This document shows, one piece after another, positions 16,546 to 26,555 of a DNA stretch of 64,000 bases. The first letter of the stretch is position 1; every line of letters begins with the position of its first letter. The translations under genes and the position numbers were made by a program. A model generated the notes under the pieces. The model was given only the letters and a program-made list of their open reading frames with translations. It had not been told where the DNA came from and made no database searches. Source of the DNA: Acidimicrobiia bacterium (GTDB taxonomy: Bacteria > Actinomycetota > Acidimicrobiia > Spongiisociales > ZC4RG35); NCBI GenBank assembly GCA_040878345.1, contig JBBDML010000015.1:20882-84881 (forward strand). Direction: 5' to 3'.

Positions 16546-17211
16546 ATGCCCGATCAGTCGCTCTCCCTGGCCTATTGGCCGTTGATGTTGCTGTCCGCCT
16601 ACGTGCTGGGCTCCATCCCATTCGCCCAGGTGGTGGCCAAAGCCAAGAAGGTCGACTTGCGTCGAGTCGGGACCGGGAACGTCGGTGCCGGCAACCTCAC
16701 CCAGGAGATCGGAAGAGGATGGGGCGCCGTCGCGGGCCTCCTCGACGGCTTCAAGGGTGTGATCCCGGTGCTCATCGCCCGCAAAGCCGGTCTCGGCGCC
16801 GGCTCCGCCGGGATGGTGGGCCTGGCCGCCGTGATCGGCCACAACTGGTCGATCTGGTTGCGGGGGCGGTCGGGAAGAGGTCTGGCCACCTCTGCGGGTG
16901 TGATGCTTGCACTCGACCCGGTGCTGCTGGTGTGGACCTCCGGATGGGCGGTCGCCGGCTGGAAGATCGGTGGCGGTCTCGCCGGCTTCCTGGGCTGGGG
17001 GCTGCTCCCCATCGTCTCGATCTCCCTGGGACGCCCGCCTACGGAAAGCGTCTTCCTGCTGCTCCTGGCAGTCGTGCTGATCGGTCGCCGCATGCAGGGC
17101 AACCACGACAGCTCCAAGGATCCTGCGGCGGTGTGGCGTCGGGCGGTGTACGACAACGATCTCGGCGTCCATGACTTCCCCGACACGATTGAACACCCGC
17201 TGACACCGTGA
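16546..17211 (+). CDS. plsY: Glycerol-3-phosphate acyltransferase PlsY
   Basis: SGNxGATN-type motif (GTGNVGAGN), conserved HNWS, and multi-TM topology. Confidence 0.65.
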   Translation: MPDQSLSLAYWPLMLLSAYVLGSIPFAQVVAKAKKVDLRRVGTGNVGAGNLTQEIGRGWGAVAGLLDGFKGVIPVLIARKAGLGAGSAGMVGLAAVIGHNWSIWLRGRSGRGLATSAGVMLALDPVLLVWTSGWAVAGWKIGGGLAGFLGWGLLPIVSISLGRPPTESVFLLLLAVVLIGRRMQGNHDSSKDPAAVWRRAVYDNDLGVHDFPDTIEHPLTP

Positions 17212-18143
17212 GCCCAAGACGGGTGATTCTCATCGCGGTGATCGCCGCGGTGATCTATGCCGGGGTCGCCATCTGGGTCCTGAACAACTTCGAGGTCCCG
17301 CCGATCAACCGCGCCGCCTGGACCTTCATCTTCCTGGCTGCCGTATCGCAGATCTCGGCGAAATGGTTCTTCGGGCTCCTGTTCCGTGAGTCGGTCCAGG
17401 AGGTGTCGGGCAACCTCCGGCCATGGTCGGCGTTCAAGGCGGCCCTGGTCGGCGCGGGGGTGGCCCGTCTCATCCCGGCCGGTGGGGCGATCACCCCGGT
17501 TGCCATGGCATGGACCGTGCGCGAAGAGACCGCGGTCGCCGCCGGGCCGGCCCTTCGGACCGTCCTTCTCAACTACGCCGGGTTGTTGATGATGGCCGGT
17601 GGCGGGCTGCTGCTCGCCCGCCCTCGGGAGTCGGCCCAAATCGCCTCTGTGAGCCTGGTGGTGTTGGCCCCATTCGTGTTGTTCGTCGGTCTGCTTCTCA
17701 TGTTCGGGTCGGGTCAGCTCCAGACGCTCAACAAATACCTGCCACGGTTCATCAGGACCCGGTTGGAAAGCTCGGTCGCCAACCACGCCCCGAAGCTGGA
17801 GTCGCAGGCCTACATCTGGGCCCGGCTCACGCTCGAGGCCGGTGCACTCTGGCTGGTGCTCGAAGCCTTCGGGATAGGGGTCAGCGGGTTCCAAGTGATG
17901 GCAGCCTTCGCCGTCGCCTCCCTGGCCGGGGGTCTCCCGGGGACTCCTGGAGGTCTGGGGATCACCGAGGTCGGTCTGGCTCTGATCCTTGCCGCCTATG
18001 GGATCCCGGCCGCGATCACCGCAGTGCCCATCCTCGTCTTTCGGATCATCTCCTACTGGTTGCCGGCCGCCCTCAGCTTCCTCGCCGGCGGGACCACCTT
18101 CCTCCGCTCGGACGAGGCCCAGGCGGCGGACGTCTCCGGCTGA
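17208..18143 (+). CDS. UPF0104/MprF-type flippase-like membrane protein
   Basis: 311 aa, about 8 TM segments, Gly-rich conserved C-terminal segment (GGLPGTPGGLGITEVGL). Overlaps plsY by 4 nt. Confidence 0.5.
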   Translation: MSPRRVILIAVIAAVIYAGVAIWVLNNFEVPPINRAAWTFIFLAAVSQISAKWFFGLLFRESVQEVSGNLRPWSAFKAALVGAGVARLIPAGGAITPVAMAWTVREETAVAAGPALRTVLLNYAGLLMMAGGGLLLARPRESAQIASVSLVVLAPFVLFVGLLLMFGSGQLQTLNKYLPRFIRTRLESSVANHAPKLESQAYIWARLTLEAGALWLVLEAFGIGVSGFQVMAAFAVASLAGGLPGTPGGLGITEVGLALILAAYGIPAAITAVPILVFRIISYWLPAALSFLAGGTTFLRSDEAQAADVSG

Positions 18144-18163
18144 GGAGGTAGCCTCGGTCACCG

Positions 18164-18610
18164 ATGGCCGACAAGGTGGATTTCAATCTGAGGAACCAGG
18201 ACGGTGACCCTGTCACCGATGCTGATTTCGCCGGGAAGAAATACGTGATGTTCTTCTACCCCAGGGCGATGACCCCGGGGTGCACCACCGAGTCATGCGA
18301 CTTCAGGGACAGCTATCAGGAGTTCGCCGCCGCCGGCTACGAGGTGGTCGGGGTCAGCCCCGATCCGCCGTCGCGGAACCGAAGGTTCAAGGAGAAGGAG
18401 GGGCTCAACTTCGATCTCCTCTCCGATGAGGACCATGAGCTGGCAGATACCCTCGGCGCCTGGGGGGAGAAGACCCTCTATGGGAAGCTGAGCCAGGGGC
18501 TGCTCCGATCGACATTCGTCGTCGATGAGCGGGGACGGGTAGTCAAGGCCTATCGCAACGTCAGGGCCACCGGTCACGTCGCCCGGGTCAAAGCCGACCT
18601 GCTCGGCTGA
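18164..18610 (+). CDS. bcp: Peroxiredoxin Bcp (thiol peroxidase)
   Basis: FYPRAMTPGCTTESCDF matches the Bcp active site (FYP.D.TPGCT.E.C). Confidence 0.75.
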   Translation: MADKVDFNLRNQDGDPVTDADFAGKKYVMFFYPRAMTPGCTTESCDFRDSYQEFAAAGYEVVGVSPDPPSRNRRFKEKEGLNFDLLSDEDHELADTLGAWGEKTLYGKLSQGLLRSTFVVDERGRVVKAYRNVRATGHVARVKADLLG

Positions 18611-18661
18611 CGGTTCCTCTGCCCGATTGCCTGCATGCGATCTGGGGTGCACACGCTGCGC

Positions 18662-19546
18662 TCAGGGTGCCCCGAGCCGTCGTCCCGAGAGGTTCTCCAG
18701 GGCCTTGACCAGGGCATGGTTGCCTTCCCCGCCCAGCCCGCGTTCCTGGAGGGAGCGATACAGCTGGAACACCAGCGCCACTCCCGGCATCGGGACTCCG
18801 AGATGGTCGGCTGCCTGGAGCACCAGGCGGAGGTCCTTCTGCTGGAGGTCGATGGTGAATCCCGGCGACCAGTCACCGTCGATCATCTGCGGGCCGCGGT
18901 TGGACAGCATCCATGACCCGGCGGAGCCGTTCTCGACCGCGCTCAGGGTGCGTCGGAGGTCGAGACCGGCGGCGTCGGCAAGCATCAGGGCCTCCGACAC
19001 CGCAAGCTGGTTGATGACGACCAAGACCTGGTTGACGGCCTTGGCCATCTGACCCGAGCCGGGCGCCTCACCGACATGGACGATCGAGCGTGAATAGGCC
19101 TCCATGAACGGTGTGGCCCGCTCAACGGCGGCGGTGGGCCCGCCGGCCATCACCGCCAGGGTGCCTCTGGTCGCACCCTCCGAGCCCCCGGACACCGGTG
19201 CGTCGACCCAATCGATGCCTTGGACGGCTGCCCGCTCGGCGAACTCGGCGGTGGCGGTGGGGGAGATGGTGGAGTGGTCGACGATCGACCCACCGGCGGC
19301 GATACCGTGGATGACGCCCCGCTCCCCGAAGACCACCACCTCGACGTCAGGGGTATCGGAGACGCAGACGAAGACGATGTCACTCTGTTTCCCGACCTCG
19401 GCAGGGGTCAGTGCCAGGGCGGCGTCGAGGCCCTCGGCCTTGGCCGGTGTCCGGTTCCAAACCGTTAGCCGGTGCCCGGTTGCCACCAGGTTGGCGGCCA
19501 TGCCCCGGCCCATGGTCCCGAGGCCGATGAATCCCACTCTCGTCAT
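18662..19546 (-). CDS. NAD(P)-dependent beta-hydroxyacid dehydrogenase (3-hydroxyisobutyrate dehydrogenase / GarR family)
   Basis: MTRVGFIGLGTMGRGMAANL Rossmann start. Family blocks DAPVSGG and GSGQMAKAVNQ. Only the C-terminal 294 codons of the 534-aa ORF. Confidence 0.7.
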   Translation of the reverse strand: MTRVGFIGLGTMGRGMAANLVATGHRLTVWNRTPAKAEGLDAALALTPAEVGKQSDIVFVCVSDTPDVEVVVFGERGVIHGIAAGGSIVDHSTISPTATAEFAERAAVQGIDWVDAPVSGGSEGATRGTLAVMAGGPTAAVERATPFMEAYSRSIVHVGEAPGSGQMAKAVNQVLVVINQLAVSEALMLADAAGLDLRRTLSAVENGSAGSWMLSNRGPQMIDGDWSPGFTIDLQQKDLRLVLQAADHLGVPMPGVALVFQLYRSLQERGLGGEGNHALVKALENLSGRRLGAP

Positions 19547-19582
19547 GACCGCCCAGGTTATCGACCTGCTAAACCCTCGACC

Positions 19583-20803
19583 ATGGCACATGATCGTCTC
19601 GTGGAAGTCCTCGCCGGTGAGGTCGAGGACCTGCGGGCAGCGGGGACCGCCAAGGGCGAGGAGAAAGTGATCACCGACGTGGTCCCACCCCATGGCGGCA
19701 TGGGTCGCCGTTATCGGCTGGAGGGGTCGGACGGCGACTTCCTCAAGATGAACTCCAACAGCTATCTGGGCCTGTCCCATCACCCCGCAGTGATCGAGGC
19801 CGGGGAGCGGGCCACGGCCCGTTTCGGCGCCGGGCCGGGTGCGGTGCGGTTCATCTCGGGGACCTATCGCGCCCATCAGGACCTGGAGACCCGGCTCGCC
19901 GACTTCCACACCAGGGCGGCATCGGTGGTGTACTCCTCGGCATATGCCGCGGTGTTGTCGACCTTGGTCTCGCTGACCACAGCCGCGACTGCGGTGCTCA
20001 GCGACGAGCTCAACCACAACTGCATCATCAACGGTCTTCGGATGACCCGACCGGCGAGTCGTGACGTCTACCCCCATCTCGATCTCGACACCCTCGACTC
20101 CAAGCTGTCGGGCCTCGCCGGACAGGTCGAGCGAGTGCTGGTGGTGACCGACGGGGTGTTCTCGATGCGGGGTGACTTCGCCGATCTCTCCGCTCTCGGC
20201 GAGGTCGCCATGCGTCACGACCAGGAGTTCTCCGAGAACGTGGTGGTGGTGGTCGACGACTCCCACGGGGTTGGCGCCTTCGGGCCGGGCGGAAGGGGCA
20301 CTGAAGCCCTCACCGCCGGCGCCGCCGATGTGTTGATCGGGACCCTGGGAAAGGCGTTCGGTGTCAACGGCGGGTATGTCGCCGTGTCGCGTCTGCTGGC
20401 CACCTACCTGAGGGAGCGGGGGCCGATGTACGTCTACTCCAACCCGATCACCCCTGGGGAGGCATCTGCGGCCGACACCGCAGTGGGGATCGTCGACTCA
20501 CAGGAGGGGGAGGAGCTGTTGGGCCACTTGGCGGAGATGACCGAGTGGTTCGAGGCCGGGCTGACCAGGATGGGGTTCGAGACCATCCCCGGCCCTCACC
20601 CCGTAGTGCCGCTGATGATCCGGGACACCGATCGGACTGCGGCCATCGTCGCCCATCTCTTCAATCACGGTGTGCTGGCGACCGGTCTCAACTTCCCCGT
20701 GGTGCCGAGAGGGGACGAAGAGATCAGGTTCCAGGTGAATGCGGACCACACCGAGGCCGACATCGACCATGTGTTGGAGACCCTCAGGGTCTTCGCCGGC
20801 TAA
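19583..20803 (+). CDS. kbl: 2-amino-3-ketobutyrate CoA ligase (glycine C-acetyltransferase) / AONS-family PLP enzyme
   Basis: MNSNSYLGL, DDSHGVGAFGPGGRG and GTLGKAFG (PLP-Lys) motifs. The start was chosen at the internal Met (MAHDRLVEVLAGE). Confidence 0.7.
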   Translation: MAHDRLVEVLAGEVEDLRAAGTAKGEEKVITDVVPPHGGMGRRYRLEGSDGDFLKMNSNSYLGLSHHPAVIEAGERATARFGAGPGAVRFISGTYRAHQDLETRLADFHTRAASVVYSSAYAAVLSTLVSLTTAATAVLSDELNHNCIINGLRMTRPASRDVYPHLDLDTLDSKLSGLAGQVERVLVVTDGVFSMRGDFADLSALGEVAMRHDQEFSENVVVVVDDSHGVGAFGPGGRGTEALTAGAADVLIGTLGKAFGVNGGYVAVSRLLATYLRERGPMYVYSNPITPGEASAADTAVGIVDSQEGEELLGHLAEMTEWFEAGLTRMGFETIPGPHPVVPLMIRDTDRTAAIVAHLFNHGVLATGLNFPVVPRGDEEIRFQVNADHTEADIDHVLETLRVFAG

Positions 20804-21369
20804 CAGTCCTCGCCGATGGATGCCAGGTCTGACTGGTTCTCGATCATGATCACCCAGTGGGCATCACCCCCAGGCCCTGAGGTCATGACCTGCACCTGAT
20901 ACGTCCCGGCAGGCCCCAGCGTGTCGAGGACCACGTCGGGCACCACCCCATACTCGGTAGTGGAGAAGCCGCATGCCCCGTCGGTGGGTGCCATCTCGAC
21001 GGTGACACTCCAATCCATGCTGAAGGCCAGTTGGACCGGCTGTTCGGCAGTGGAGATGAAGGAAGGCTCTTCTCCGGCGATCAGGATCCCATCGGCGCAC
21101 ACCGCGACACCGTCGCCCTCGAAGCAATAACTGATTGGGCTGAGGGCCGTCTTGCCGTTGACGTCGACCACCACCATCTCGATCAGGGGAAGGTTGGCCT
21201 CGCCGCCATCGTCTTTAGGCAGTGGTGGCGGCGCCGGCACTGGCGGGACACCACCGCCATCGATGACCTCACGAGGGCCGACCGCCACGCCTTGGAAGCC
21301 GAGCCCGAAGAGCAGGGCAATGGCGGCCACCAACATGACGATCACATACCCGGCGGCGTACTTGGCCAT
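20800..21369 (-). CDS. Hypothetical membrane-anchored protein (Pro-rich linker)
   Basis: N-terminal TM helix and a PPVPAPPPLP linker. Overlaps the end of the carboxylase alpha gene. Confidence 0.35.
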   Translation of the reverse strand: MAKYAAGYVIVMLVAAIALLFGLGFQGVAVGPREVIDGGGVPPVPAPPPLPKDDGGEANLPLIEMVVVDVNGKTALSPISYCFEGDGVAVCADGILIAGEEPSFISTAEQPVQLAFSMDWSVTVEMAPTDGACGFSTTEYGVVPDVVLDTLGPAGTYQVQVMTSGPGGDAHWVIMIENQSDLASIGEDC

Positions 21370-23309
21370 TGACCCTCCTCGATCATCACTAGGACGGCGC
21401 CGGCCTCGACTTGGTTCCCGGCCTGATAGCGGACCTCGGTCACCCGCCCGGCGTGCGGGGCCCGCAGGGTGTGCTCCATCTTCATGGCCTCCATCACCAC
21501 CATGACCTGGCCCTCGGTGACGAGATCGTCGACGCCGACCGCCACCCGGAGCACCTTTCCCGGCATCGGCGCATGCAGCGACCCCGTGTCCTCCTCCACT
21601 TCCGGCGACGGGAACCGATCGATCTCGACAAGTCGCCCTGGCCCGGCCATGGAGTCGACGTATCGCAACCCTCCGTGTCTGGAGACGGTGAGGACCAGCT
21701 CTTCGCCGTCGGCGGTCACGGTCACCGAGTCGGGGGTGATACCGACAACGGTGGGGCCCAACCCCTCGACCTGGGTGCCGTCGGCACCCATCCGATACCG
21801 GATCTCGTGACGCCCATACTCACCCTGGTACACACGCTGCTGGGCCTGGCTGGCCGAGTTGCGCCAACCGGGGGGGATCGAGGCAAGCACCGACGCCACC
21901 GAAAGGGCCTGGGCCTGGTCGGACAGAGCGGCGGCCACCGCCGCCAACCACTCATCATCGGGGCCGAGTAGGGGGCGGGCAAGCTCGGCGACATGGTGAC
22001 GGTCGAGGAACCCGGTGTACGTCTCACCGGCGATGAACTCGGGGTGCTCGAGCACCCGGACCAGGAGGGCCCGGTTGGTGGTGGGGCCGTGAATCCTCGC
22101 CTGACGCAACGAGGTGGCCAGCAGTGAGGCAGCGGCTTCCCGGGTTGGTGCGTGAGCGATCACCTTGGCGATCATCGGGTCGTAATGGATCGAGATCGAC
22201 GAACCGGACTCGACACCGGAGTCGAGCCGAAGACCGGGCGCCGGGTCGAACTCGAACCGGTCGATTCTCCCGGTGACAGGGAGGAAATCGTTGATCGGGT
22301 CCTCGGCATAGAGCCTGGCTTCGATGGCATGGCCCGAGTGTCGATCCGGGGCCCGGACAAACCCTCCGTCGGCCACCTCGATCTGGAGTCGGACCAGGTC
22401 GAGCCCGGTGACCATCTCCGTGACCGGATGCTCGACCTGGAGGCGGGTGTTCATCTCGAGGAAGTAGAAGCGGTCGGCTTCCAAGAGGAACTCGACAGTC
22501 CCTGCCCCCACATACTCGACGGCCCGGGCCGCCACCACTGCGGCCTCACTGATGAGACGCCGGGTGGCGGCGTCGACTCCAGGGCTCGGCGACTCCTCGA
22601 TGATCTTCTGGTGGCGTCTCTGGATCGAGCACTCACGCTCGGGAAGTGACACCAGATTCCCGTGCTGGTCGCCGAACACCTGGACCTCGACGTGTCGCGG
22701 CCCATCGAGGTACTTCTCGAGGAACACGGTGTCGTCGTCGAAGGCGCCGGCTGCTTCCCGGGCCCCGGCGGCAATGGCCTCCTCCAGATCGTCGGGATGA
22801 GTGACGACCCGCATTCCCTTGCCACCGCCACCGGCGGACGCCTTGACCAGAACCGGGAAACCCAGAGACAGGGCGGCATGGGACACATCGGACCGCCCGG
22901 ATACCTCGACAGTGGGGAGGATGGCGACACCCAGACGCTCCATGAGCCGTTTGGAAGCCAGCTTCGATCCCATCACCTCGATCGCCTCAGGGCTGGGGCC
23001 GATCCAGATGATGCCGCCGTGCACTACGGCCCTGGCGAAATCGGCATTCTCGGACAGGAACCCATAGCCCGGGTGGATGGCGTCGGCGCCGGTGGTCTTG
23101 GCCGCGGCCAGCACGGCGTCGGCGTCGAGGTAGGACTCGATTGGTGTCGAGCCGGGCAGCTCCACCGACTCGTCGGCTTCCCGGGCGTGGGGCTCACCCC
23201 GGTCGGCCGGTGAGTAGATGGCAACGGTGGCGATCCCCATCTCCCTACAGGTCCGCAGCACCCGACGGGCGATCTCGCCACGGTTGGCGACGAGGATCTT
23301 GGAGATCAT
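21342..23309 (-). CDS. Biotin-dependent acyl-CoA carboxylase alpha subunit (biotin carboxylase + BCCP)
   Basis: MISKILVANRGEIARRV start, ATP-grasp blocks, and a C-terminal biotinyl motif EAMKMEH. Confidence 0.8.
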   Translation of the reverse strand: MISKILVANRGEIARRVLRTCREMGIATVAIYSPADRGEPHAREADESVELPGSTPIESYLDADAVLAAAKTTGADAIHPGYGFLSENADFARAVVHGGIIWIGPSPEAIEVMGSKLASKRLMERLGVAILPTVEVSGRSDVSHAALSLGFPVLVKASAGGGGKGMRVVTHPDDLEEAIAAGAREAAGAFDDDTVFLEKYLDGPRHVEVQVFGDQHGNLVSLPERECSIQRRHQKIIEESPSPGVDAATRRLISEAAVVAARAVEYVGAGTVEFLLEADRFYFLEMNTRLQVEHPVTEMVTGLDLVRLQIEVADGGFVRAPDRHSGHAIEARLYAEDPINDFLPVTGRIDRFEFDPAPGLRLDSGVESGSSISIHYDPMIAKVIAHAPTREAAASLLATSLRQARIHGPTTNRALLVRVLEHPEFIAGETYTGFLDRHHVAELARPLLGPDDEWLAAVAAALSDQAQALSVASVLASIPPGWRNSASQAQQRVYQGEYGRHEIRYRMGADGTQVEGLGPTVVGITPDSVTVTADGEELVLTVSRHGGLRYVDSMAGPGRLVEIDRFPSPEVEEDTGSLHAPMPGKVLRVAVGVDDLVTEGQVMVVMEAMKMEHTLRAPHAGRVTEVRYQAGNQVEAGAVLVMIEEGQWPSTPPGM

Positions 23310-23369
23310 GGATCGCGGAGGGTAACGATCCGTTCCAGATAGCCGCCAGGCCCGGATACGCTTTCAACC

Positions 23370-24017
23370 GTGGACGCAGAGACCAAGTCTCAACCGTCGT
23401 CGCGTCTCCTCCTGGCCCTACTCATCTTCCTCGGCCTCTCCGCCGCGGTGTGGTGGGGGATCCAGCAGGTGGTCTCGGCCATCCCATCGCCAAGCGATCT
23501 GGTGAAGGCAATCGAGCCGGAGCCCTACGAGGAGATCGGCCCTGTGGTGGTCACCGCCATACGTGACCTGGCGGCGCTGACGACTGTGGAGACAGTTCAA
23601 TACACCATCGTGGAGAAGGGCACCGACCGCGGTTGGCTGGCGTGGGCCCGGGGTGACAACCTGACGCTGTTCGCCGTTGCCAGGATCGGCGCCGGGGTCG
23701 ACCTGAGCAAGATCTCGGTCAGGGACATCCAGGTCGACGAGACCGGGGTGGTCGAGGTGAGTCTCCCGGCGGCGGAGATCCAATACGTGGCTCCCGACAA
23801 CGACGCCACCCAGATCCTCGACCGAGACACCGGTGTGTTCACCAAGGGTGACCCTCAGCTCGAGTCAGAGGCCCGAAGAGTGGCCGACGAGGTGTTGGTC
23901 CAGGGCGCCCTTGATGGCGGCATCCTGGCCGAGGCCGAGGACAATGCCCGAGCAGTGCTCACCAACTTTCTGATGAGCCTTGGTTATCGCGACGTGATCG
24001 TCGAGTTCGAGACCTGA
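23370..24017 (+). CDS. DUF4230-like membrane-anchored protein
   Basis: N-terminal TM helix followed by a repeated-beta segment domain. The family call is tentative. Confidence 0.4.
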   Translation: MDAETKSQPSSRLLLALLIFLGLSAAVWWGIQQVVSAIPSPSDLVKAIEPEPYEEIGPVVVTAIRDLAALTTVETVQYTIVEKGTDRGWLAWARGDNLTLFAVARIGAGVDLSKISVRDIQVDETGVVEVSLPAAEIQYVAPDNDATQILDRDTGVFTKGDPQLESEARRVADEVLVQGALDGGILAEAEDNARAVLTNFLMSLGYRDVIVEFET

Positions 24018-24091
24018 ACCGATCACCGGCTCCGGCGCTCAAGACCAGGCGTCTCGAGCTGAGACCGCTAGAGGTCACCGATGCCGCCGAG

Positions 24092-24523
24092 ATGCTCACC
24101 GTCCTATCCGACCCGAGTCTCTACGACTTCACCGGTGGCATCCCCCCGACCAGGGCCGGGCTCGAAGCCCGATACCGGGCCCAGGTGGCCGGGCCCCCTG
24201 ACGGTGACCAGCAGTGGCACAACTGGATCATCCGTCTCGCCGACACCCATGCCGCGGTGGGCTTCGTCCAGGCCACCGTCACGGATCAGACCGCCGACAT
24301 CGCCTGGGTGGTGGGAGTGAAGTGGCAGGGCCGTGGCATTGCCACCGAGTCGGCCTCGGCGATGTGCCATTGGCTGGCGGGGGTCGGAGTGAAGCGGCTG
24401 GTCGCCCACATCCATCCCGACAACCGGGCATCGGCGCGAGTGGCGGCATCGCTGGGACTGCGGATCAGCGGTGAGGTTGATGACGACGGCGAGATGATTT
24501 GGGACAAACGGGTCGAAGCGTGA
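24092..24523 (+). CDS. GNAT-family N-acetyltransferase
   Basis: WQGRGIATES acetyl-CoA-binding motif. The upstream in-frame sequence RLELRPLEVTDAAE looks like part of the protein, so the start may be non-canonical or the gene N-truncated. Confidence 0.5.
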   Translation: MLTVLSDPSLYDFTGGIPPTRAGLEARYRAQVAGPPDGDQQWHNWIIRLADTHAAVGFVQATVTDQTADIAWVVGVKWQGRGIATESASAMCHWLAGVGVKRLVAHIHPDNRASARVAASLGLRISGEVDDDGEMIWDKRVEA

Positions 24524-24563
24524 GTAGATCAGGTCGTTGTACGACGTCACCTACTCACGCTCA
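24515..24563. repeat. REP-like intergenic hairpin, family member A (GCGTGAGTAG...CTACTCACGC)
   Basis: Imperfect long hairpin between the convergent GNAT and carboxyltransferase genes. It shares the GAGCGTGAGTAGAT/ATCTACTCACGCTC arms with copies B-E. Confidence 0.6.
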
Positions 24564-24571
24564 GGTCTCGG

Positions 24572-26173
24572 TCACATCCTGAAGACGCCGAACCGATCGG
24601 TGCCCACCACCGGGGCGGAGTGGATGGCGGAGAGGGCGATGCCGAGGACGGTCCTGGTGTCCCGTGGGTCGATCAAACCATCGTCCCGGACCCTGCCGGT
24701 CGAGTAGTAGGCCTGCTCGGTGTGCTCCATCATGGTTGTCAGCTCGGCGTTGCGAGCCGCGTCGGCTTCCTCGTCGAACCGCTCACCACGGGACGCGGCC
24801 GACTGACGAGCCACGATCGACATCACCCCGGCGAGCTGTCGGGCGCCCATCACCGCCACCTTGTGATTGGGGTATCCAAAGACGAACCGGGGGTCGTATG
24901 CCCGGCCCGACATGCCGTAATTGCCCGCACCGTACGAGACCCCGGCCATCAGCGAGATATGGGGCACCTCGGAGTTGGCAACGGCATTGATCATCTTGGC
25001 GCCGTCCTTGATGATCCCCCGCTGCTCGTACTCCTTGCCGACCATGTAGCCCGTGGTGTTGTGGATGAAGATGATCGGGGTGTCGTAGCGGTTGCACAGC
25101 TGGATGAACTCGGTGGTCTTCTGGGCCTCCTCAGAGAAGATGACACCCTGTTGGTTGGCGATGATGCCGACCGGGAAACCATGGATCGAGCCCCACCCGT
25201 TGAGGATCGAGGTCCCATACACCGCCTTGTACTCCTCGCACCGTGATCCGTCGACCACCCTGGCCAGGATCTCGCGCATGTCGAAAGGGACTCTCAGGTC
25301 AGCGGGTATCACCCCGAGGATCTCATCGATGTCGTGAACCGGCTCGTCGGGGCTTCTGGTGGCCCCATAGCCCTGCTTCCGCCAATTGACGTGGGCGATG
25401 ATCTCACGCCCGATCCTGATGGCGTCGTGCTCGGTGTCGGCGAAGTAGTCGGAGAGCCCCGAGACCCGGGAGTGCATCTCGGCCCCGCCCAGCTCTTCGT
25501 CGGTCGACTCCTCGCCGGTGGCCATCTTGACCAGGGGCGGCCCGCCCAGGAAGACCTTGGCCTGCTCCTTGACCATCACCGCGTAGTCGCACATCGCCGG
25601 GAAGTAGGCCCCGCCCGCGGTGGAGCTGCCGAAGACGAGGGAGACGGTGGGGATGCCGGCCTTGGAGAGACGGGTCAGATTCCGGAACCACTTTCCGCCG
25701 ACGACGAACACCTCGGCCTGGTCGGGGAGGTCGGCGCCACCCGACTCGACCAGGTTGATCAGGGGGAGCCGGTTCTCCATGGCGATGTCCATGATCCGCA
25801 GCGACTTGGCCAGGGTGTAGCGGTTGAAGACACCCGCCTGGCTGGTGGGGTCGTTGGCGAGGATGGCGCATTCGACACCGCTGACCACACCTATCCCGGT
25901 GACCACGTTGGCACCTATCGGCTTGTCGGTCCCCCAGGCGGCGAGGGTGGAGAGCTCGAGAAAAGGGGTGTCCCGATCGACCAGGAGCTCGATGCGCTCG
26001 CGGGCGAGCAGCTTGCCCCGGTCACGATGGCGCTGCACATAGGTAGGGCCGCCACCCTGGCGAGCCTGCTCCTGGAGGGCTTCGAACTCGGCGAGTCTCT
26101 CGAGCATCGCCGCCCGGTTGGCCTGGTATTCCTCGGAGCGGGTGTCGAGCCGGGTGCGAATGGCCTGCATCAC
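24572..26173 (-). CDS. Acyl-CoA carboxylase carboxyltransferase (beta) subunit, methylcrotonyl-/propionyl-CoA carboxylase type
   Basis: 533 aa with characteristic carboxyltransferase N- and C-domain blocks (GGARIQEGV-type region VVSGVECAILANDPT; GGAYFPAM). Confidence 0.8.
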   Translation of the reverse strand: MMQAIRTRLDTRSEEYQANRAAMLERLAEFEALQEQARQGGGPTYVQRHRDRGKLLARERIELLVDRDTPFLELSTLAAWGTDKPIGANVVTGIGVVSGVECAILANDPTSQAGVFNRYTLAKSLRIMDIAMENRLPLINLVESGGADLPDQAEVFVVGGKWFRNLTRLSKAGIPTVSLVFGSSTAGGAYFPAMCDYAVMVKEQAKVFLGGPPLVKMATGEESTDEELGGAEMHSRVSGLSDYFADTEHDAIRIGREIIAHVNWRKQGYGATRSPDEPVHDIDEILGVIPADLRVPFDMREILARVVDGSRCEEYKAVYGTSILNGWGSIHGFPVGIIANQQGVIFSEEAQKTTEFIQLCNRYDTPIIFIHNTTGYMVGKEYEQRGIIKDGAKMINAVANSEVPHISLMAGVSYGAGNYGMSGRAYDPRFVFGYPNHKVAVMGARQLAGVMSIVARQSAASRGERFDEEADAARNAELTTMMEHTEQAYYSTGRVRDDGLIDPRDTRTVLGIALSAIHSAPVVGTDRFGVFRM

Positions 26174-26196
26174 CGCGGAGGCTAGTTAGGCCCCGA

Positions 26197-26502
26197 TTAG
26201 CCGTTGTAGACGGCCGAGTCCTGATAGGGCTCGATCATGATGCACTCGCCGGGGCACTCCTCGGCGGACTCGATGACGTCCTCGATCAGGGTGTCCGGGA
26301 CTCGGGCAAGGCCCCGCGCCCCTTCCGGGGCCTGGGTGCCATTGAAGAGGACAGTGCGCCCGAAGTGCTTCGACTCCTCTTTCACCACCCAGAGACCGTC
26401 GTCGCGCCCGACGAACACATCGGGGGTGATCTCCTCGCAGATGCCGTCTCCGGTGCACAGATCCTGATCGATCCAAACCATCAGCTTGGTGGCTTCGGCC
26501 AT
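26197..26502 (-). CDS. Ferredoxin (single [3Fe-4S]/[4Fe-4S] cluster, actinobacterial Fdx type)
   Basis: CTGDGIC ... CPGEC cysteine spacing. Confidence 0.6.
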   Translation of the reverse strand: MAEATKLMVWIDQDLCTGDGICEEITPDVFVGRDDGLWVVKEESKHFGRTVLFNGTQAPEGARGLARVPDTLIEDVIESAEECPGECIMIEPYQDSAVYNG

Positions 26503-26555
26503 AACCCCAACATAGTCGGTCCCGGAGTTATCCCGACTTCTGTAACAATCGTGGC

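Noticed and set aside
14779-18161. Long minus-strand ORFs (524 aa at 14779..16353, 520 aa at 16599..18161, 271 aa at 16402..17217) opposite the histidine kinase, plsY and flippase-like genes
   Set aside because: Arg/Gly/Pro/His-rich nonsense translations. The plus-strand genes carry clear family motifs.
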